Origin: Chrysomallon squamiferum
Taxonomy: Eukaryota; Animalia; Mollusca
DNA length: 64,000 nucleotides
Reading direction: 5' to 3'
Assembly: GCA_012295275.1 (NCBI GenBank)
Contig: CM022674.1
Coordinates: 16,368,001-16,432,000 of the forward strand
The position numbers and the translations under genes are program-made. The notes beneath the pieces were generated by a model that had not been told where the DNA came from, did no database searches, and saw only the letters and a list, made by a program, of their open reading frames with translations. Each line of letters opens with the position of its first letter. The first letter of the stretch is position 1. Shown one piece after another: positions 56,738-64,000 of this stretch.

Positions 56738-58762
56738 TCATAAAGAATATTTCAGAAATATTATTTGTTGTTTGCTTCTATAGAACTTACGATCCTGTAA
56801 AGATCAGGTACTTATAATTACGAAAACATGTTGGTGCCCCCATTGTAATTCAAAATATAAACCAAAAAAAACCCCAGGAATCTTATTTATTTTTCATTAT
56901 ATTTTGCTTTAATAATTTAAGTGCTAAAATCGGCTATGAAAAATGTCTAAGGTGCCCCTTCTTCCCTTGATGCCTTAAGCACGTGCTTATTTTGCTTATA
57001 GGATTAATCCATCACTGGTGTTCTTAAAAATAAAACTTAATGATACCTTAAAAATCTCCCAGATTTGTTTACTTTTCATTCATTAGTGATGCCGCACTGG
57101 ATATTTTGTTCTCAGAAACAGGAGATTATTTTATTCAGCTGCCAGAACCTAGTTTTATTTATTAATGTGTGGAGCAAAAGCTAAGCTATATACACAATGA
57201 ATAATAAAAACAACAACAACAGCAACAACAACACCAACTATAACTGAACTAAATAAATAATTCTGATACAGAGATCTGTTTCAGTATTTTAAACTAATAT
57301 GAGATATTGCATATATATCTGACATCATTATCGTGCCTTTCAAGTAGTGTACACTCATTTACTATAAAGAATCATCTCTGAATAAACAAATGAACACATC
57401 TAACGAATGATACACAATTATTTTACGGCCTCTCTACATGAACGATGTCGATCTGGCCGTATATCGATTTCAGCACGGGCATGAACAAAATCTATTTACA
57501 TTTATGTGAGACGAGATACTGTTTATAATGATTATATTATTAAACTTGTTAATACTCATGTTTATATACATACAATAAAGGAAAAATAAATTAAACAACA
57601 AAACAACAATAACCTTTGCGATCAGTATCGATAGAGTAGAGGAGACGTGAGTAGTTTCGGGTTAGGTTGACCTGGGACTAAAGGTCTCAAGTCCATCTAA
57701 AGATAAAACATGAGAACGTGACACTTTTCTATTCTGCAAGGTTTAATAACTAAATAACGATCATAATCCAAATATTGAAGATATCTTATTCAGCGATTTT
57801 GATTCCTTTTATCTTCACTTTTTATTAAATTCGTTCAGAATTTATTTGTCGTTTGATCTCCTTAAAACAAGCTCCCAGTACAGTGATCAGAGACAAACGA
57901 ACACACACACGGAATAAACATCTTGTAATAAATAGATCACGTCACAGGTAAGTTCAGATAACCCTCATACATTGTCAAGAGCTGACCTTTATCATTATCT
58001 CATTTCGTATTTATGCTGTCATTGTTCTATTCTTTGTGCTCATTCCAGTGAGTAGTCCGAATCTCAGTTCCGATTCGGAGCTGAGGTAATATCTAACAAG
58101 TAATGTACGTGTCCGTTTTAACTTGTCATTCGGTCAGTTTTCGCAGTTTTTCTATTTACAGTAGAGTATACATAATTAGCTGTTTCACTTAAAAGCGGCC
58201 ATGTTTTGTGGACGCTAGGAAAAGCAATCGATCGATCGTCTGCTCAGGTGCACATGCTGCGCATGCCTAGTAGCTACTATTCGTATCTGTTGCACCTGGC
58301 GTTATTCGCAATAATTATACTTGCTTCGTTTATAGTCAGCGAAATTGATTGTAGTTACTTGTTAATTTGGCACTTAATGCACTATAGAAATAGAGATAGA
58401 TACAGAGAGACAAGAAGACAGATCACTGGTTGTAATCCTTGGCTGTTATTATTATTATTATTAATACTGAATACACAATTTTTGTTTATCAGTATCAATA
58501 TCTTGACTAAGAAAACATTCCTGTAAACTGTAATTTTGTTTTTTTATTTCCCTTTATTTCTCCAGGTAAAATTTCACATCGATTAAGCTAGTACTATTGT
58601 CTGACATCAGCTGAGAAAGCTGTGGAATACTCATTCCAGTTTCAGAACAGAGGATAGAAGGAAGTCTCAGTACAGTTTTCTTCAGTGAATAGTAGTAGTC
58701 TCTCTATGGCGACCAGCTGATTCCTGTAGCAAATACATTATTGGTTCCATTGAGGTACAACT

Positions 58763-61514
58763 AATTAATTGATTAATAATTTGTTCATTTATCAGCACTG
58801 GGGAATACCTTTAAAGCAGGCGGTTTCGATTTCTGAAACTTTGGTTCATTTTAAGAATCTACGGCATGAAAGTGCTTCAGCATCGTATAAGGGAGGTAGG
58901 TCTCACAGTCATGTTCGGTAAAATACCAAACTGCTCATTCTTGATGAAACGAATCGGGATTATAATTGTTAGTAGCAAGAACATTAAGAAATAATAATGA
59001 AGATGACAAAAATAATAAGATAAAATATGAATTATTCAAGGAATCACCTTTTAAATGGTATAAATTATATTAAATTTGTCTTTAAATTTATAATACAGTC
59101 AGAAGAGAGTATAGTAAAATAATCCATGTCGCTTGGATGTTTTTCCTGTCTAAATGTGTTGATGTTGTTTTGTTTCCTTTTAAAATTATATAGTGCTATA
59201 TCAAATGGGAAAATGTAGTCTTCACTTCAATAAGAGATGTATTACGTAATTATTGGTGAATACATATGATTTAGTAAATGTGGTATATATTATGTACTTA
59301 CAAGTAACGCAAGGTAGTTTCAGTTATTTGCATTTATTAATTTGTATTTTTATCACCATTGATCATCGTCACAGTATCAATAATAATCACAAGAGATCCA
59401 TGTTTGGCTGACAGGCTTAGTTCATCCATCCCTGCCCCCCAAAAAAAACAGAAGAAAAAATAACATTATTGTAAATGTGCCACTTAAAATGGCTATATGA
59501 TTTTTTCATTTCATTATTATCATTATTTTTATTTTTGTATTATTACTTTGTTGTTGTAGACATTTAATAATATCTTCCGTTGCAGACATTTAATAATATA
59601 ATCTCTCTCTTAATCATACGTGTGTATGTTATCATTATAAAATACACGAAGTTACCGTGGGTATTGTTTGTTTCCGTCTTAAGGTCAGGATTAAATTATA
59701 ATTTATATTCACTAGCTTGATATATTTATTTATTTATTCATTTGTTACTTAAATAAAATATAACATATATAATAATAACAAAAGCATTAATGTAATAGTA
59801 AGGATAATACTTACTACTTCTACCAATAGTAAAAAAATAATAATCAATATGCTACTACTACTAATACTACTAAAAAATAATAATAGCAGCCAAAACAATA
59901 CAACCAGTGACTTAACTATTGTTAAGTCTATCTTTTGGTCAGTCAACTTGTATGTCTATTTTGCTATCTAAAATATATCAACAAAATTATAGCAACATTT
60001 AATTTAATACAATCGTAGAAGATCATAAACAAATCAATAATAATAACAAAAGTAATAAAAGTAAAATATTTCACTTGACCATAAATAGCTTGCATGTGAT
60101 TACACTATATAAAAAATACCGGTCAAAGAGTCATCATTTCTGTGATGGAAAGGTAACAGAGGGAAAGAAATTTGTAAATAAACATATCCTGATACTCGTT
60201 TCTCCATTTCTTCAGTGTGCGAGTGTGAGAAAATAAGATAGTGACTGACATTTAAATGTATAAAATAACTGAATAGTCAGTGAGTCTAAATTTATCAGCA
60301 GTCCTCAGTCATCAATAATTGTGTGTGTGGGGGAGTGTGTCTGTATACATTGTATATACACCGATATGCCATGGAGAAGAAGATAAATGATGCAAAGGGT
60401 ACTCTAAGAAGGATTGATCCTACAGCCTCGTAATACCATGTATCAGGATATATGACACCTATGTTATATTTCTATATGATCAGTACACCCCTATTAAGAA
60501 TAACTATACATGATCCATTCAACTTCTATAATTATACATTATCCTTATACTATAATGCTATATAATGAATGCACCTTAAAATGTAATCCAGAATTACCCG
60601 TATGCCCCTGCAGCACAATTTTGTATACACCGTACGCCACTCATTCCCTAATGTATTTTAGCTGATCTGTGCATTTGAGCATTCTGCTGTGATCTTCATC
60701 CCTATAATGTAATTGTTTGTGTATCCTACTGACACATAGACCACTCTAATATAATCATTTGTGTATTCCGCTTACCCATACACCATTGAAATGTTATCCG
60801 TTTGTATCCTACTGATACATATACTACTGTAATGTAAAGTTTGTTTATCCAACTACATCCTAATCCTTACTATATCGTACTGACTTATGCACCCTGTAAT
60901 GTAATTATTTGTGTATCCCACTAACCCATAGAGACTTGTAATGGAATTATTTGTGTATCCTACTGTCCACAACCCGTCTAGTATAATCCTTTGTGTATGT
61001 ATCCTACTGACTGATTCACTCTTGCAATGTAATCCTTCTTCTGTGCTATAGACCCATCACTGAAATTTACGCGACTGATCTATGCTGCCCTTTAACATCA
61101 ACCTCTATCTACAGTAAATTGAAAGGTTAACTCATCTATTTCTGAGTATAAATTGAAATGTCCACATGAAATGTAAAATAAAAGAGAATTTGTTGTTATT
61201 GGATTTTTGGTTGAACAAAAGCAAACAAACCTTTCCCAACAACAAGAAAATAAAGAAGACCAGTTTAACTGCATTATAGGCCAAGGCCTACACATTGTTC
61301 ACTTGTTATCATACAATTAATATTAACATTGTTCATTATTTTTTTCTAAAACATATGTTAATATACATTTTATAGTAATTAATAGTATTTATTTATTGGG
61401 TGTAAGTCACGATACACATAATTTATCATTAGGCTCCTGTGTTAGTGTGACCCCTGGGCAAGTTTCCGGTGTACCTGTGTGTTAAGATAACTCTGCCCTA
61501 GAGAACAAAATATT
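58763..61514 (-). repeat. Right arm of a long inverted repeat (spacer 56738-58762)
   Basis: AATTAATTGATTAATAATTTGTTCATTTATCAGCACTGG mirrors 56700-56737; CTCTGCCCTAGAGAAC mirrors 53963-53978. Confidence 0.95.
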
Positions 61515-61644
61515 AATAAAGAAACACTGCTTAATAAGATAAAGAAAAAATATCAAACAACATTAATTAAAAAGAAAATTAAAGTATCAACCAGCAACTT
61601 TTCTAAAAGAAAAAATTTGAGAAATATAAATGTGTTTGGAAATG

Positions 61645-62802
61645 TCACTGAAGCACACATCAGTTTGACATGTAAGCTGTATTTGTAGAAGCTGAATATG
61701 ATCAATCATTTACTGTAGAAGTCGAAGAGTGAACTGGTTTAGCGGGAACTGGAGGAGGGATTCGAGAAGGGGGTGGAATCTTATATGAAGTGGGTATTTG
61801 TCAAGTGTTGGAAGCATTTGCTGTTGAAGTAGAACTGTGAAATACTGGTGAAGTGGTAGAAGTATCCCCTGTCGAAGTAGAAATGCGAAATGGTTTTGGG
61901 GGTACTGGAGGAGGGATTCGAGAGGGGGTGGCATCCTATGTGAACTGGGTATTTGTGAAGTGTTGGAAGTATTAACTGTAGAAGTTGAACTTGGTGTTGT
62001 GTTGAAAGTACTTGGTGTAAAAGTAGAACTTGGTGTTGTGTTCGAAGTACTTGCTGTAGAAGTTGAACTTGGTGTTGTGTTAGAAGTATTTGCTGTAGAA
62101 GTTGAACTTGGTATTGTGTTGGAAGTACTTGCTGTAGAAGTAGAACTTTGTGTTGTGTTGGAAGTACTTGCTGTAGAAGTAGAACTTGGTGTTGTGTTGG
62201 AAGTACTTGCTGTAGAAGTAGAACTTGGTGTTCTGGTGGAAACATTTGCTGTTGAAGTAGAACTGTGAAATCTTAGTGGAATGTTGGCTGTACTGCTAAC
62301 TGAAGTGACTAATTGAGTATTTGTGACAGAAGAAGAGGCCTGCAAAACTGGTACTGAGGAGCTTGATGAAGACAATTCTGGTGTGCCTTCACAGAATATT
62401 CAAGTAGAAACTCTGGGTAACTCTGAGAAGTGTCAAAGATTACAAAAATTGATGGATTATTTACATCATCGACACAAGAATCATAAAGAACATGTCCTTT
62501 CCTAGAAGGAGGCCGGGAATAAGAACTTTCACCTTTTGCATACTGGCCTACAAGAACCTTGAAATGAACATGAAGCAATGTGATCCTGTGGTGTAGCAGT
62601 GGCTGTATTTGGCATCCCGGGCGAAATAAGCACCTTTGCCGTAAACTGTTCCATTTTTGCCGTTCAGCCTGAAGTCGATGTTATTGTGGCAGATTCCACG
62701 TATGACACTAATGTCACCACTGCTTCCATGAAATAGAAATATTTCGTTAGTATCTCTTTCATCATCTCTGTTCATCGACATTGCCTTTCTCATACTGCTC
62801 AT
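61645..62802 (-). pseudogene. PARP catalytic domain (PARP7/11/12-like, H-Y-I triad) with Ser/Thr repeat tail and terminal CVLQ*
   Basis: NEIFLFHGS..ICHNNIDFRLNGKNGTVYGKGAYFARDAKYS..MF/KVLVGQY.KG..Y.RPP..LYDSCVD..NPSIFVIFD..QSYPEFLLEY. Frameshifts at ~62560, ~62385 and ~61925; in-frame TGA at 61801-61803, 61702-61704 and 61660-61662. Confidence 0.88.
61960..62235 (-). repeat. 39-bp coding tandem repeat (TPSSTSTASTSNT) x ~7
   Basis: GAACTTGGTGTTGTGTTGGAAGTACTTGCTGTAGAAGTA units on the plus strand. Confidence 0.92.
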
Positions 62803-63284
62803 TAGGTAATTATTTTATCTTCTGTCACAGTTTATTGGATAATAATTGATGCTACTTAAGGCGTCACAATTTTATGACTCTTCCATAATGCTAGTTATTA
62901 AATATATTTCTAATAATCACTGTTTCTACAGAGTGATTATTTTCAATCCTTAACAGATGGATGTTAACTTATACATTTTCTATCACCAGTATTTTGGTAC
63001 CAACCACTTACAATCAGTATATCGATACGAATGAGTTATTTACATATATTTTATTTTAAGAAATTGATTAATTTTCTATTGCTGGCTGCGGAAATAATTG
63101 CTTGTTTCCAAAATTACCGAAGCAAAGACAATAGGTACCATTTCCAATTGTAAATCAATCATTTAATTAATTATTGCTAGAATATTAAACATTTAACACA
63201 TGCATGTGTGGAAACGAAATTCGTGTTCTTCAGTTCTAAGTGAAAATATATACTGTGTACTGGATTTTAAAAGTTATTTTATCT

Positions 63285-64000
63285 GTTTTATCACTCTTAA
63301 TTATTGCTAAAGAAACATGAGTATGCAACATGAAAATAAAAAATGTAAGAAAAATAAAAATGGAGAAAGTGGTCAGAAAAGAGAGGTAAGCAGTAGCCAA
63401 GTTATTCAAGAAGTCATCATATTGAGGATATCAAATACACAATTCTGAAATGAGCTTAAATGTTCATCTGCACCATTTTATCAGTCAACACCAATTAACA
63501 AATTGATTAATCTTCTATTGATGGCGTTAGAAATCTATTGTTTGTTTCCAACAGTACTGAAATATATCATGTCTCTACCCTTATATATTGTAAATCTGTC
63601 ATTTATTTAGAATATCTGAATAGAAACAATTTACAGTATCTAGATATACACCAGACTACACAGCAATATAGTTACACAAATTTACACTGTATTTAATTCT
63701 TCATCACAATCAATTAGTTCACAGATCTTATGTTGAAAATGTGATCTGGCTCATGTATCAATAATTAAACTTTTGAACTGAAAAATTAAAACTGTACACA
63801 GTATTTAACACAATTAAATATACTGACACAATATTACACCAAAAATGTAGCAGCTCAAACTGAAACAACATCAGAAATCATTGTATTTCAGGATGAAGTA
63901 TAACATTAAGATCAACTTTGTACCATAGAAATTACAAACAAAATTCAGGTTATTGTGTTTATTATGAACATCAGTTTTATACAAAAATATTATTTCTGAA
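63285..64000 (+). repeat. Direct duplicate of the NLR-like gene 3' flank (27935-28160 and 28830-29200)
   Basis: GGTAAGCAGTAGCCAAG..TGAGCTTAAATGTTCATCTGCA and TCTAGATATACACCAGACTACACAGCAATATAGTTACAC... are collinear to the window end. Confidence 0.9.

Noticed and set aside
61660-61803. Three in-frame TGA codons as selenocysteine or programmed readthrough
   Set aside because: They co-occur with frameshifts, at least one aligns with TCA (Ser) in a sister repeat, and no SECIS was recognised. Pseudogenisation is simpler.
61960-62268. Plus-strand VLEVLAVEVELG repeat ORF (and 38679-38918, 31132-31659)
   Set aside because: Antisense shadows of real coding sequence.

Overview
AT-rich, intron- and microsatellite-rich animal DNA. 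The gene families suggest a mollusc or other lophotrochozoan (inference). There are two 200-N gaps. The window looks like a rapidly rearranging innate-immunity locus. (1) A 7-exon minus-strand gene (43452->29303) encodes a RHIM-like amyloid motif, an nSTAND3-type P-loop NTPase and ankyrin repeats with hypervariable inserts, i.e. an NLR-like architecture; the large exon carries three 1-nt indels. (2) Two tandem PAN/Apple-fibrinogen-domain lectin genes: one is a clear pseudogene, the other has a single 2-nt frameshift. (3) A decayed PARP12/11/7-type mono-ART exon whose Ser/Thr/Pro tail ends in a CaaX box. The rest includes partial inverted and direct duplicates of the NLR-like gene, a ~2.8-kb-armed inverted repeat, a 6.7-kb 53-bp TTAGGG-like satellite, two Tc1 elements, a solo LTR with a 5-bp TSD, LINE fragments and a USP+Ulp1 protease relic. 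All gene models were built by eye from splice signals and reading frames; no searches were run.
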